IMG/VR virus record: IMGVR_UViG_3300020197_000011
Direction: 5' to 3' (one strand)
Length of the DNA: 64,000 nucleotides
Source: an uncultured virus (IMG/VR IMGVR_UViG_3300020197_000011)
Lineage: Duplodnaviria > Heunggongvirae > Uroviricota > Caudoviricetes
Shown: piece by piece, positions 18,854-27,495 of the stretch
Layout of the letters: each line of letters opens with the position of its first letter
Numbering within the stretch: the stretch's first letter is position 1
Position numbers and translations under genes: made by a program
Notes under the pieces: generated by a model
What the model was told of the DNA's origin: nothing
Databases searched by the model: none
The model's input: only the letters and a program-made list of their open reading frames with translations

Positions 18854-19225
18854 TTACCTACATGTTTTGCAATCTTGAGTTTCATCATCATCTCGATTTA
18901 ATCCCTCTCCCCATTTTTTAGTTGAATCAAGCACATTTGTTTGATACATTTCCAAAAGCATATCAACAGGATCTGCCATTGTTACTGCCCAATCCAAAGG
19001 AATAGGAAGCGTTTCGCCTTTTGCTAAAGGAATCCATGGATAAAGACTGACATCAAATGCGGATTTTGTTCCATTAATCAAGACTTCTTCTTTGTCTCGA
19101 TTAATCATTTGAATTGAACAAGGTTTGTTAAGATAGTACCCAACTGCTTTATTTTCAACAACCATCTCTTGAATATCTGCAATGATCTGTTCTCCAGATT
19201 TCATCACAACAAGTTTAATTGACAT
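18854..19225 (-). CDS. hypothetical protein
   Basis: 123 aa, IKLVVMKSGEQII. Confidence 0.75.
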   Translation of the reverse strand: MSIKLVVMKSGEQIIADIQEMVVENKAVGYYLNKPCSIQMINRDKEEVLINGTKSAFDVSLYPWIPLAKGETLPIPLDWAVTMADPVDMLLEMYQTNVLDSTKKWGEGLNRDDDETQDCKTCR

Positions 19226-19246
19226 AATACTCCATTACCTCCAACC

Positions 19247-19275
19247 ATTCTACCAATAAAAAGGAGGGGTGTCAA
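19247..19275 (-). promoter_or_regulatory. sigma70-like early promoter for the gp43-uvsX-gp41 operon, overlapping the hsp20 terminator hairpin
   Basis: TTGACA-17 nt-TAGAAT; the -35 lies in the 3' arm of GAGGGGT-AACTGG...CCAGTT-G-ACACCCCTC. Confidence 0.8.
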
Positions 19276-19321
19276 CTGGATTGTGCCAGTTACCCCTCGC
19301 GGCGACGATATTCTTTTTTAT

Positions 19322-19765
19322 TTATTCAATATTATATACTTTTTTCTTTTGATGTTCTGGAATAACTCTATCCAGTTTGATAGTAAGTAGTCCATCAACG
19401 AAAGAAACATCACCGACTACAACATCATCAGAGAGTGTCCAGGAACGAGTAAATGCTCGTTTGGCTAATCCTCGATGGACATACTGATCTACAACATCAT
19501 CTTGACGTTTTGTTTCAATTGTGAGTTTATTCCACTCACTTGAAACCTCAATATCTTCCTTTTTATAACCAGCAAGAGCAACTTCCAATCCGAAGTTTGT
19601 CTCACTTTCTTTAATTAGATTATATGGAGGATAATTTGTGTGCGTCTCAAACGCACTATCAAATCTCCTAAACCACTCATCCAATCCAATACTATTTCTT
19701 TGAATAGCACTTAAATACTTTTCTGTTTCTGGAATAGACAGAGTAATTGAATTTGCGCCAAACAT
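19322..19765 (-). CDS. hsp20: small heat shock protein
   Basis: NYPPYN, EVALAG, HRGLAKRAF.RSW.L, DGLL.I alpha-crystallin motifs. Confidence 0.95.
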   Translation of the reverse strand: MFGANSITLSIPETEKYLSAIQRNSIGLDEWFRRFDSAFETHTNYPPYNLIKESETNFGLEVALAGYKKEDIEVSSEWNKLTIETKRQDDVVDQYVHRGLAKRAFTRSWTLSDDVVVGDVSFVDGLLTIKLDRVIPEHQKKKVYNIE

Positions 19766-19834
19766 AATAGACCTCCTAAAGCGTCTGTGTGATTGTGGAT
19801 CCTTTCGGCATCCACTACTAATTATAATAGATTA

Positions 19835-19861
19835 TAAAAAAAGCGGGATGTTGTTTCCCGC
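19835..19861 (-). terminator. rho-independent terminator after regA
   Basis: GCGGGA-AACAACA-TCCCGC followed by a T run. Confidence 0.75.
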
Positions 19862-19867
19862 ATCTTT

Positions 19868-20308
19868 TCATTCGGTTTCTACTGCCTTACCTTTTTTGCC
19901 AATGTTATACTTTTGCTCAAGAATCCAATCTCCCTTATCCTTATAAGAAAGAACTTTAATCTGATTAAGTGGAGCAATATCAGCGATCGAATCTTGTTTA
20001 ACAACAGTAATCAATCCCCAGTCAGCTAACAAACGGGTGATACGATTACGACGCTGAACATCATTGATTGTAAGGTTTGCGTGCTTACCGTCCAGGGCAA
20101 ACAGTTCCTTAAAGTGAACAAGGTAATATCTACCTTGCTTATGAAGGATGTGGCAACTTTGATAGAGTTTTTTCTCCTTCCTTGATGCAACTCCGATACG
20201 AGTTAAAGTCTCACGAACTTTTAAGAAGTCATCTGGTTCGTTCAAAAGAACTTCAACCATCATATCAGGATTCCAATTTACTTGGGGTTCAATTGTTTGA
20301 GTAGTCAT
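19868..20308 (-). CDS. regA: translational repressor RegA
   Basis: DDFLKVRETLTRIG...LYQSCHILHKQGRYY.VHFKE. Confidence 0.97.
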   Translation of the reverse strand: MTTQTIEPQVNWNPDMMVEVLLNEPDDFLKVRETLTRIGVASRKEKKLYQSCHILHKQGRYYLVHFKELFALDGKHANLTINDVQRRNRITRLLADWGLITVVKQDSIADIAPLNQIKVLSYKDKGDWILEQKYNIGKKGKAVETE

Positions 20309-20679
20309 TTTGTTCCGCCAGTTTCAAGTCGTTGTTTAATAAAATCAAGTTGTGATTTCGTAAGAATCTTCAAAGCTTGAGATGCTTTTTCATTACTATA
20401 ACCATAGTATTGTTTAACGCATTCTAAATCTTTGACTTTATCTTTTCGGATCCAAGGAGAAAATCTCTTTCGTTTCCTCAGAGTATTTATATAAAACGAA
20501 TATTGCATGTCTTTGTCAAGAGAAGAATGAATATTCATCTCATTTGCAAAAAGAATACAATCAATGTGTCCAGACAAACAACGATTGACAATATAAGGAG
20601 GATAAGATTTAATATCCTCGGATAAATCTTCTTTTGTGAAGTTAATAGAATTTAACCAATCTTTAAGTTCGTAAGTCAT
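20305..20679 (-). CDS. gp62: clamp loader small subunit
   Basis: LNSIN.TK...YPPYIVNRCLS...ANEMN...YYGYS; located directly upstream of regA. Confidence 0.93.
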   Translation of the reverse strand: MTYELKDWLNSINFTKEDLSEDIKSYPPYIVNRCLSGHIDCILFANEMNIHSSLDKDMQYSFYINTLRKRKRFSPWIRKDKVKDLECVKQYYGYSNEKASQALKILTKSQLDFIKQRLETGGTK

Positions 20680-20680
20680 C
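20632..20680. repeat. 49-bp perfect direct repeat, copy 1 (gp62 codons 1-16)
   Basis: ttttgtgaagttaatagaatttaaccaatctttaagttcgtaagtcatc, identical to 21260-21308. Confidence 0.97.
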
Positions 20681-20682
20681 TC

Positions 20683-21243
20683 TTATTTAGCCTTCAAGAC
20701 ACATACAAATAGGTATCTAATTTGATCATTTACAGTTATTGGACTAGAAGCATGAAAAGTATCTGCACTGTAGAGAATCACTCTTCCTGGATTATATTGA
20801 ACTGCAAGTTCACATTCTCCAGACTTATTTGCAAATAAAGTTTCACCATGCCAATTTTGATCCCAGTGATGATTTACATAATATGATAAAATCGTACATC
20901 CAGGCCAAACATTATCAGTATGAAAAACATGTCCTGATAGTGTTGGAGTAGATGCTAAAAACCAACTTTCTTTGATTTCAACATCATCACCAATGTGTTC
21001 TTTAACAATCATTTGCACATTTTCATTTTCAAATATACCAAATTTATTTACTTTTTCTTCGTTTAGATTAGATTTCAAATAATGTTGGAAATTATGCGAA
21101 AAAGGAGATGATGTAATCTTATTGATCATGTAAGTTGATTTATGAGAAAAAACCATATGGTTTTCTCTCTCAACTGCGGAAAAAACATCATCATATATGT
21201 GAACAATATTACCATCAGTTGTCGATAAACTTTTATATTTCAT
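20683..21243 (-). CDS. 2OG-Fe(II) oxygenase (prolyl-hydroxylase-like)
   Basis: HTD...W.GETLF...H...R jelly-roll motifs. Confidence 0.85.
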   Translation of the reverse strand: MKYKSLSTTDGNIVHIYDDVFSAVERENHMVFSHKSTYMINKITSSPFSHNFQHYLKSNLNEEKVNKFGIFENENVQMIVKEHIGDDVEIKESWFLASTPTLSGHVFHTDNVWPGCTILSYYVNHHWDQNWHGETLFANKSGECELAVQYNPGRVILYSADTFHASSPITVNDQIRYLFVCVLKAK

Positions 21244-21244
21244 A

Positions 21245-21307
21245 TTACCAACCTTTGGGTTTTGTGAAGTTAATAGAATTTAACCAATCTTTAAGTTCGT
21301 AAGTCAT
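21245..21307 (-). pseudogene. truncated duplicate of the gp62 5' end (20-aa relay ORF)
   Basis: MTYELKDWLNSINFTK+PKGW*; ATGA overlap with the upstream stop; its TAA is 1 nt before the next ATG. Confidence 0.85.
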
Positions 21308-21308
21308 C
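21260..21308. repeat. 49-bp perfect direct repeat, copy 2
   Basis: Identical to 20632-20680. Confidence 0.97.
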
Positions 21309-22410
21309 GGATAATTTGAATCTCATCATCATCTGTCCACAACTCGACTTTGTTGCGGAACCTACCTTCTTCTTTGAGTTTTTCATATCTCTTAGTTGCT
21401 TTCTTTTTCCACCAAGAGATAATGTTCTCAAGATAAAACTTATCCCAATTTTGTCCTCTGCGAAGTTCTGCTTGCTCACCAAGGATCACTTCACGAACAT
21501 TTTCATACCCATAGTCTGAGATATAAAATCTCTTTTTTTGAGTTAAAGAAAACGCAGCATCAATAACAGAGTTAAACTCATCAAGTTTATCTTTATCTTG
21601 CAACGAGTTTTTGATAATTGAAATCATCTTTGTCTGTCGCTTCATTTTCTTAGAAGAAGCTTTATTATCTGTGAGTGGAGTGTTGTTATTTAGATATGTA
21701 AAACGATCGTGAAGTTTATGAAAAACATCATCATGAAGCAATGGAAGAAACTTACTTTCGGTGAGTCCCTTGTATCTCATGAAAGGTTTCAAACCATCAT
21801 ACTGAGATGCATCTGTAGTAGAACCATAGAGTGATGTCGTTTCGAACAAAGCAATTTCTTTTTGAAATGACTCATTTAACACTTCTCGCGCATAATGTGA
21901 GCAGCAAAAAAGTGCAAGCAATTTACCACCAAGATAGTTATAACCGAAAGGTTGAGAAGGAACAATCACAAATCCCATCGCAGCATGACGATTGAAGACA
22001 GTAAGATCTGGTTGCTTTCCCAACCAAAGATTACGTGGTTTAGAATTAATTGTTGGCGATCCAAAGCGAATAAACCCAACTACTTTGTTAGTTGTCTCCT
22101 CATAGATTACCCACTTAAGTTCTCTGCCAGGAATATTTTGTTCGTTGTTATGAGAAGAAACTGCCATCAAAAGATTTGTATAAAACTTTTGATCAAGGCC
22201 ACCCCTCCCAACACGAACGATCTTAAACTTCATGTCCTCAGGATGAATATCTTCATTAAAGAACTCATCATGAAGAGGAAGTAAAGAAGATTCTGATCTT
22301 ATAACTTCCTTTTTAACAAATCGAAGATAATCTTCAATATTTCTCATGTTAGAGAAATAATCAATAAACTCATCTGCAGCCCAAACTGCGTCACTTTTAC
22401 TAATAATCAT
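21304..22410 (-). CDS. DUF4338/DruA-like protein
   Basis: IPGRELKW...GFIRFGSP...IVPSQPFGYNYLGGKLLAL...TTSLYG...SQY resembles DUF4338 motifs. Confidence 0.65.
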   Translation of the reverse strand: MIISKSDAVWAADEFIDYFSNMRNIEDYLRFVKKEVIRSESSLLPLHDEFFNEDIHPEDMKFKIVRVGRGGLDQKFYTNLLMAVSSHNNEQNIPGRELKWVIYEETTNKVVGFIRFGSPTINSKPRNLWLGKQPDLTVFNRHAAMGFVIVPSQPFGYNYLGGKLLALFCCSHYAREVLNESFQKEIALFETTSLYGSTTDASQYDGLKPFMRYKGLTESKFLPLLHDDVFHKLHDRFTYLNNNTPLTDNKASSKKMKRQTKMISIIKNSLQDKDKLDEFNSVIDAAFSLTQKKRFYISDYGYENVREVILGEQAELRRGQNWDKFYLENIISWWKKKATKRYEKLKEEGRFRNKVELWTDDDEIQIIR

Positions 22411-22955
22411 CGTTTATACATTGGGATACTAATACTTAACCTATCGGTTAGTGGTTCAAAAAGGTGATACTGCAAAGAAGGTATGAATATTGAATTTCCT
22501 GGTTCAAGGATAACTTGTTCTTTAATACTTAGATATTCATTTATATTTGCCCATCCAGAGAAATCACCAAATTCATTATAAACTGTAACTTTGGATTTGC
22601 CAATGCATTGAACAATTAAATTATCACGATTATCGGCATGAACTGAAAAAGAACGACTACCATACTTTCCCATGTAGATATGTGACTGAGCATCTACATT
22701 ATGATCTCTCTCAATTTCTTCAATCAATTGTCGGACATTTGGAGTTACACAACTTCCATGAACAATGAATGAATAACAATTTTCCCAGAAAGATCTTAAC
22801 TTGTCCATATCATGACGTTTTTCCCAAGAAGTTGTTATGATGTAATTTTCTGGGGGAATTTTTTCACCAGTTCCTGGATGAATTAATTGAACCACATCAT
22901 CAGTTACATAAGTGGTTTCAATAAAATACCAAATCTCATGAAAAGTAATAATCAT
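22407..22955 (-). CDS. JmjC/cupin-family oxygenase
   Basis: SFSVHADNRDNLIVQC.GK...LEPG.SIFIP...H...RLSIS. Confidence 0.85.
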   Translation of the reverse strand: MIITFHEIWYFIETTYVTDDVVQLIHPGTGEKIPPENYIITTSWEKRHDMDKLRSFWENCYSFIVHGSCVTPNVRQLIEEIERDHNVDAQSHIYMGKYGSRSFSVHADNRDNLIVQCIGKSKVTVYNEFGDFSGWANINEYLSIKEQVILEPGNSIFIPSLQYHLFEPLTDRLSISIPMYKR

Positions 22956-23896
22956 TTGAACTCACACTCTGCCATAATTTCAGTCAACGCTGCTAGGAGG
23001 TTAATTTCCTGATCAGCAACGAACGCAATTTGGTATTGATACTTAGCAATAACAAGAACGGCAGCGGGAATAGTGGAGGGTACAAGATTATCATACAAGG
23101 CGTCATAAACCCTGCGAAGAATGACAGAAGAATCGTTGTCCAAGTTGGATACCACCCACTTTCGTACCTCTGTGAAGTTTTTATCTTTGAGACATTTAAT
23201 GAGATCATTTATCGAAATATCAGAGAAAGTTGCAAGAATTCCAGAATCAATTTTACCGCCAGTTGAATAACGTTGACATTCATTCAAAACTCGACGCCAA
23301 TCTGGGAAATGAGAATTAATGAGTTGAGCAAGAACCTTTGGATCATATTCAATACCTTCAGCATCTAAAATATCTTGTAGGCGCTTGAAGAAAGATCCTG
23401 CTAGTTTGGCTTTTTCTTTTCCTTTGATTGAGAAATCAATAACCGCACAACGAGAGTGAAGAGGTTCAATGATTTTGTTCTTATAATTGCAGGTAAAAAT
23501 AAAGCGGCAGTTATTATAAAATGCCTCTATGTTTGCCCGCAACAGAAGTTGTACATCGTTTCCTGTATTGTCTGCCTCATCAATGATGATGACTTTATGT
23601 TTAGAAGATCCTGTAAGTGAAACTGTCGAAGCAAAATTCTTTGCTTGATTTCTCACAGTATCTAGAAAACGTCCTTCATCAGATCCGTTGATGACATAGC
23701 AATCTGCACCCAACTCATTGCAAAGTGCCTTAGCAATTGTAGTTTTACCAACACCAGGAGGGCCAGCAAGAAGGAGGTTTGGAATCTCCCCCCTCACAAC
23801 AAACTCTTTGAATGTTTTTTTAGTATCATCAGGGAGAATACAATCATCAATTACTTGAGGACGATACTTTTCCACAAAAAGAAATTCACTTGCCAT
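22952..23896 (-). CDS. gp44: clamp loader large subunit
   Basis: EKYRP, GPPGVGKTT, IIDEAD, PLHSRC. Confidence 0.97.
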   Translation of the reverse strand: MASEFLFVEKYRPQVIDDCILPDDTKKTFKEFVVRGEIPNLLLAGPPGVGKTTIAKALCNELGADCYVINGSDEGRFLDTVRNQAKNFASTVSLTGSSKHKVIIIDEADNTGNDVQLLLRANIEAFYNNCRFIFTCNYKNKIIEPLHSRCAVIDFSIKGKEKAKLAGSFFKRLQDILDAEGIEYDPKVLAQLINSHFPDWRRVLNECQRYSTGGKIDSGILATFSDISINDLIKCLKDKNFTEVRKWVVSNLDNDSSVILRRVYDALYDNLVPSTIPAAVLVIAKYQYQIAFVADQEINLLAALTEIMAECEFK

Positions 23897-23899
23897 AAT

Positions 23900-24412
23900 T
23901 TAGTTTACCCAGTCAGGTTTTCGTTGCGGCATACGAAGATAATTAGATGCAACCCAAGGTTTGGATGCAATATACATCTTGTAAGCAGTAAAAGTGTCAA
24001 TGCTTTCGTCAAGTTTATACTCATTTGACATTGCTCGTGCAAAAGGAGTTACCTTAGTAATTTTACCCTTAGGAAAAATATAATATGCATGAATAAGAGT
24101 ATTATAGCACGAGTGCATTTTATTGTATCGCAAAAAATACTCATCGCACAAATTCATTCCCCATTTGATCAACCAATAGGCATTATCAATTGACTTTGCA
24201 GCCCATTGAGTGCATGGATGATTGCGAAAAGCACCCTTCTCAGTTGCATATGGAGTACCATCTGTTTTGGGAAGAGTGCCATAATTATGATACCATTTAG
24301 ATCCCACGATAGAAAGCATTTGACAGCACTCTAGTGGCATCTTAACGATATGTTTATCTGGTAAACAAATAGCCGATTCGGCAGGATAAGGATTAGTTAC
24401 GAAGATATTCAT
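23900..24412 (-). CDS. pyrimidine-dimer DNA glycosylase-like protein
   Basis: MNIFV...DKHIVKMPLECCQMLS...NHPCTQW...EY..RY.K.H. Confidence 0.8.
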   Translation of the reverse strand: MNIFVTNPYPAESAICLPDKHIVKMPLECCQMLSIVGSKWYHNYGTLPKTDGTPYATEKGAFRNHPCTQWAAKSIDNAYWLIKWGMNLCDEYFLRYNKMHSCYNTLIHAYYIFPKGKITKVTPFARAMSNEYKLDESIDTFTAYKMYIASKPWVASNYLRMPQRKPDWVN

Positions 24413-24981
24413 GTTACCAAGTCGGTATTAATGATAATTCTATTTTTATATTCTGCTGGAGAACATCCCGTATGCAAATAACTACCATCAAAAAATAAAA
24501 GTCTATTTTCTTTTGGTTTAATTTTTTGAACTATATTTAAAGATGAAAAGTCAATATTATTATAATATTGATTGCAACTAAAGCATTGTTTATCAAAAAG
24601 AATTGTTTCAGCATCCGAATCTGTAATATAAAAAACTGATGCAACATGAGGAAAATATTCATCAACATGTATTGTATGTTGATATTTTTCTGGAGAATAT
24701 GTTACCATATCAATTCTTGATTTTGATATTTGATTGCAATTAGTAACATCTAGTAATTGACTATAAAATCCCGTTAAAATTTGAAAAAGATAGCAATTAT
24801 TTGATTGATAATTTTCAATTATCCATTGATCAAATCCATAAGAATACAAAGTATCATTTGGATCATTTGGCCAAGTAATATCTTTTTTAAAATTCCAAGA
24901 AAAATTATAATCTTCAATAATTTCTTTTACCCTAGAAAAATATCTAGGAGATAAAAAGTTATCAATGACAACTGGTTTCAT
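24409..24981 (-). CDS. 2OG-Fe(II) oxygenase-like protein
   Basis: Start MKPVVIDNFL at 24981; HVD...PKENRLLFFDG..LH...R.IIN. Confidence 0.8.
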   Translation of the reverse strand: MKPVVIDNFLSPRYFSRVKEIIEDYNFSWNFKKDITWPNDPNDTLYSYGFDQWIIENYQSNNCYLFQILTGFYSQLLDVTNCNQISKSRIDMVTYSPEKYQHTIHVDEYFPHVASVFYITDSDAETILFDKQCFSCNQYYNNIDFSSLNIVQKIKPKENRLLFFDGSYLHTGCSPAEYKNRIIINTDLVT

Positions 24982-24982
24982 A

Positions 24983-25675
24983 TTATCCGAAAGTTGAATC
25001 AGGTTCAAGGGCGATATAATATTCAACATTATAATCGGTATTCTTGAACTTTGAAAGCAGTTTTTGTGAAACTACAACTTCATATGTACCAGGAAGAATT
25101 TTAATATTCTCTACTTTGAAATTAAACACAAACTCATCATTTGTTTCTCCCACCACGATAGAGAAATCATTAGAGGTATCGTTCTTTTTATCACGAACGA
25201 CAAGTTTTACTACACCTGCTTCACCAACCACAGACAAATCTGGAAGTTGATAAATTGCAGCAGCTTTTAGAAGTTTATCAAGTTCTTTAGTATCAAGAAG
25301 GAAACAAACATCTTCACTTGGAAGTGAGATGGACTTGTCAGGGGGAGTAACGATAACGTTAGGATCAGCAAAGAAATACTTTGATCGTGACTTACCTTCC
25401 TTGATCATAACATAACCATCATTAGCAAAATCAAGTTCTGCACTTTGATGAAGATTAAGTCCATTCAAAAATTGATTCAGATCGTAGATGCCAAAGTCTT
25501 TAGGCAGATCTTCTTCAATAGTTGCCTCCGCAAGAATATTCTTCATCACAGAAATAGTTCGAAGTTGTTTACCTTGCTTAAACAAAATTGACTGATTGAT
25601 AGAGGAAAAATTCTTCAGAACAGTCAGGGTTTTATCAGAGAGTTTCATAGTTTGAGGTTTGAGTTTCATGATCAA
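24983..25675 (-). CDS. gp45: sliding clamp
   Basis: MKLS..T..VLKNFSSINQSI, FGIYDLNQFL; the true start may be a downstream Met. Confidence 0.96.
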   Translation of the reverse strand: MIMKLKPQTMKLSDKTLTVLKNFSSINQSILFKQGKQLRTISVMKNILAEATIEEDLPKDFGIYDLNQFLNGLNLHQSAELDFANDGYVMIKEGKSRSKYFFADPNVIVTPPDKSISLPSEDVCFLLDTKELDKLLKAAAIYQLPDLSVVGEAGVVKLVVRDKKNDTSNDFSIVVGETNDEFVFNFKVENIKILPGTYEVVVSQKLLSKFKNTDYNVEYYIALEPDSTFG

Positions 25676-26091
25676 CGGAATTCAGAAAGGCCATTATCTT
25701 GGCGAGAATAATGTCCATCAAAGTGAAGCAGAAGCATAGCATAGTGAATCACTTTGAGCAAGTCGCGCTTGCTGCGTCCATCTTTATCACCATAACGACT
25801 GCCATACTTCAGGATGTTTGCCTGACAAAAACCAGGAGCAAGATCCTTTGCAGCCATCAGATCAATAGTCTGAATATCTTTATAGGTGTCATTATGTCCA
25901 CAATAGTGACTTCCATAAGTACTCGTTACATACACCTCAACATCTTTGAGGATTTTATCTTCGTTATATTTCCAAAGATGATTTTTAGATTCAGTCATAG
26001 TAACAGGTATTTTTGTAAGATTCAACATTCCTGTCTCAGAATTTTGAGACAGAGTAAATTCATAAGGATGTTCATCCATAACAAAAGTCAT
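25672..26091 (-). CDS. DUF3310-like protein
   Basis: TYGSHY...ANILKY.SRYG.KDG....DL.K..HYA. Confidence 0.75.
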   Translation of the reverse strand: MTFVMDEHPYEFTLSQNSETGMLNLTKIPVTMTESKNHLWKYNEDKILKDVEVYVTSTYGSHYCGHNDTYKDIQTIDLMAAKDLAPGFCQANILKYGSRYGDKDGRSKRDLLKVIHYAMLLLHFDGHYSRQDNGLSEFR

Positions 26092-26105
26092 AGTAATCTC
26101 ACTTA

Positions 26106-26134
26106 ATTATATCAGGAAAAGTTGTGTGAGTCAA
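26106..26134 (-). promoter_or_regulatory. sigma70-like early promoter for the gp45-44-62-regA operon
   Basis: TTGACT-17 nt-TATAAT with TGn extension. Confidence 0.75.
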
Positions 26135-27239
26135 GACACTCTTTTTGCTGCTCTTCAGTAGGAAGTTGAAAATCGGCATCAACTTTATCGTACAGTTCCA
26201 GGAATGACTGTTTAGTTTCATCATCAAAGCGATTCACACACACTTGAATTGCTTTTGCTTTGTCTTGGAAGATGCTGTAGGCACGGATGATATGAACCAG
26301 GCGACGGGTGCTGATGATTTCTTCAATACCACCATCGTAGAAGGTTTTACGGATGATGTCTGCCCAGTCAACCAGGCGCTTACAGAAGTCACGATCTTCC
26401 ACACCCAGATCCAAAGCAATACCTTCTAGGATCTTCTGCTCAACAGTAGGAGCAGGATAAGATTGCTCAAAGGTTACAGGAAAACGCTCAAGAAATGCTT
26501 CGTTAAGAACATTGGTTCCGATAAAGCGTCCATCATCAGAACCCTTACCCTTCGTGTTTGCGGTAGCAATCACATTGAAACCAGCAGCGGGTTTCACGAA
26601 CCTACCGATTTTTTTGAGAAAGACTCCTTTACCTTCAAGGATTGACTGAAGGCAAAGAATCTTGTTGGAAGCCAAGTCAATTTCGTCAAGCAGAAGAATC
26701 GCGCCGCGCTCCAAGGATTCGACGACTGGGCCATTATGCCAAGCAGTTTCACCGTTGACGAGACGGAATCCCCCAATAAGATCATCTTCATCAGTTTCAA
26801 TAGTAATATTTACACGGATGAGTTCACGCTTGAGTTGAGCACACGCTTGCTCCACACTGAACGTTTTACCATTACCCGACAAACCCGTGACGAACGTCGG
26901 ATAAAAAAGACGGGACTGAATAATTTTTTTAATATCGTTAAAGTTACCAAACTTGACGAAGGTATCATCTTTATCAGGAATAAGATTTTGTTCTACAGCT
27001 GGAAGAGCAGCAGGTGCCTGATAAGAACGTTCAATTTCTTGAACACGTTCTTGAGTCACTTGAAGATTCCAACGTCCACGCGAAGTTTTAAATTGATCGA
27101 GACGACGAGTCACAGTCTGATAATTGATTCCACGAGACGCACAGAAACCCTTCAGATCTCCAGAAGTAATTTCAGAACCATAAAGTTCTTGAATAGAAGC
27201 AATCAGTTGTTCGTCAGTCAAAGCAATTTTGCGAGGCAT
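26112..27239 (-). CDS. cobS: CobS/MoxR-like AAA+ ATPase
   Basis: GLSGNGKT, LLLDEID, TANTKG, NEAFLERF. Confidence 0.9.
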   Translation of the reverse strand: MPRKIALTDEQLIASIQELYGSEITSGDLKGFCASRGINYQTVTRRLDQFKTSRGRWNLQVTQERVQEIERSYQAPAALPAVEQNLIPDKDDTFVKFGNFNDIKKIIQSRLFYPTFVTGLSGNGKTFSVEQACAQLKRELIRVNITIETDEDDLIGGFRLVNGETAWHNGPVVESLERGAILLLDEIDLASNKILCLQSILEGKGVFLKKIGRFVKPAAGFNVIATANTKGKGSDDGRFIGTNVLNEAFLERFPVTFEQSYPAPTVEQKILEGIALDLGVEDRDFCKRLVDWADIIRKTFYDGGIEEIISTRRLVHIIRAYSIFQDKAKAIQVCVNRFDDETKQSFLELYDKVDADFQLPTEEQQKECLDSHNFS

Positions 27240-27280
27240 GATTTAGTTAGGTGGTTTTCTCAACAAAGCCATAATAGAAC

Positions 27281-27306
27281 AAAAAGAGGGATTTGAAACC
27301 CCTCTT
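27281..27306 (-). terminator. rho-independent terminator
   Basis: AAGAGGGG-TTTCAAA-TCCCTCTT followed by a T run. Confidence 0.65.
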
Positions 27307-27309
27307 GTG

Positions 27310-27495
27310 TCAGTTTGCCAACTGGTTCCGAAGTGTCTCCAAATATTCTTTACTAGCACAACGGCCTTTATATCCCGGATAATATCTTTCAACTATAGCA
27401 GGAACACCCATAGCAGTGATTGAACTTTGACACAACACCCAAACTTCTTTGGTGTCGTGCTTGACAACATGTTCAAGTGAAAATTTAGTTTTCAT
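27310..27495 (-). CDS. hypothetical protein (61 aa)
   Basis: Likely start MKTKFSLEHVV at 27495. Confidence 0.65.
   Translation of the reverse strand: MKTKFSLEHVVKHDTKEVWVLCQSSITAMGVPAIVERYYPGYKGRCASKEYLETLRNQLAN

Noticed and set aside
21304..22410. Complete Druantia defence system
   Set aside because: No DruE-like large helicase or other Dru genes nearby
24409..24983. Start duplication around the oxygenase downstream of gp45
   Set aside because: Only ATGAA (5 nt) is shared with the downstream gene start, too short to distinguish from chance
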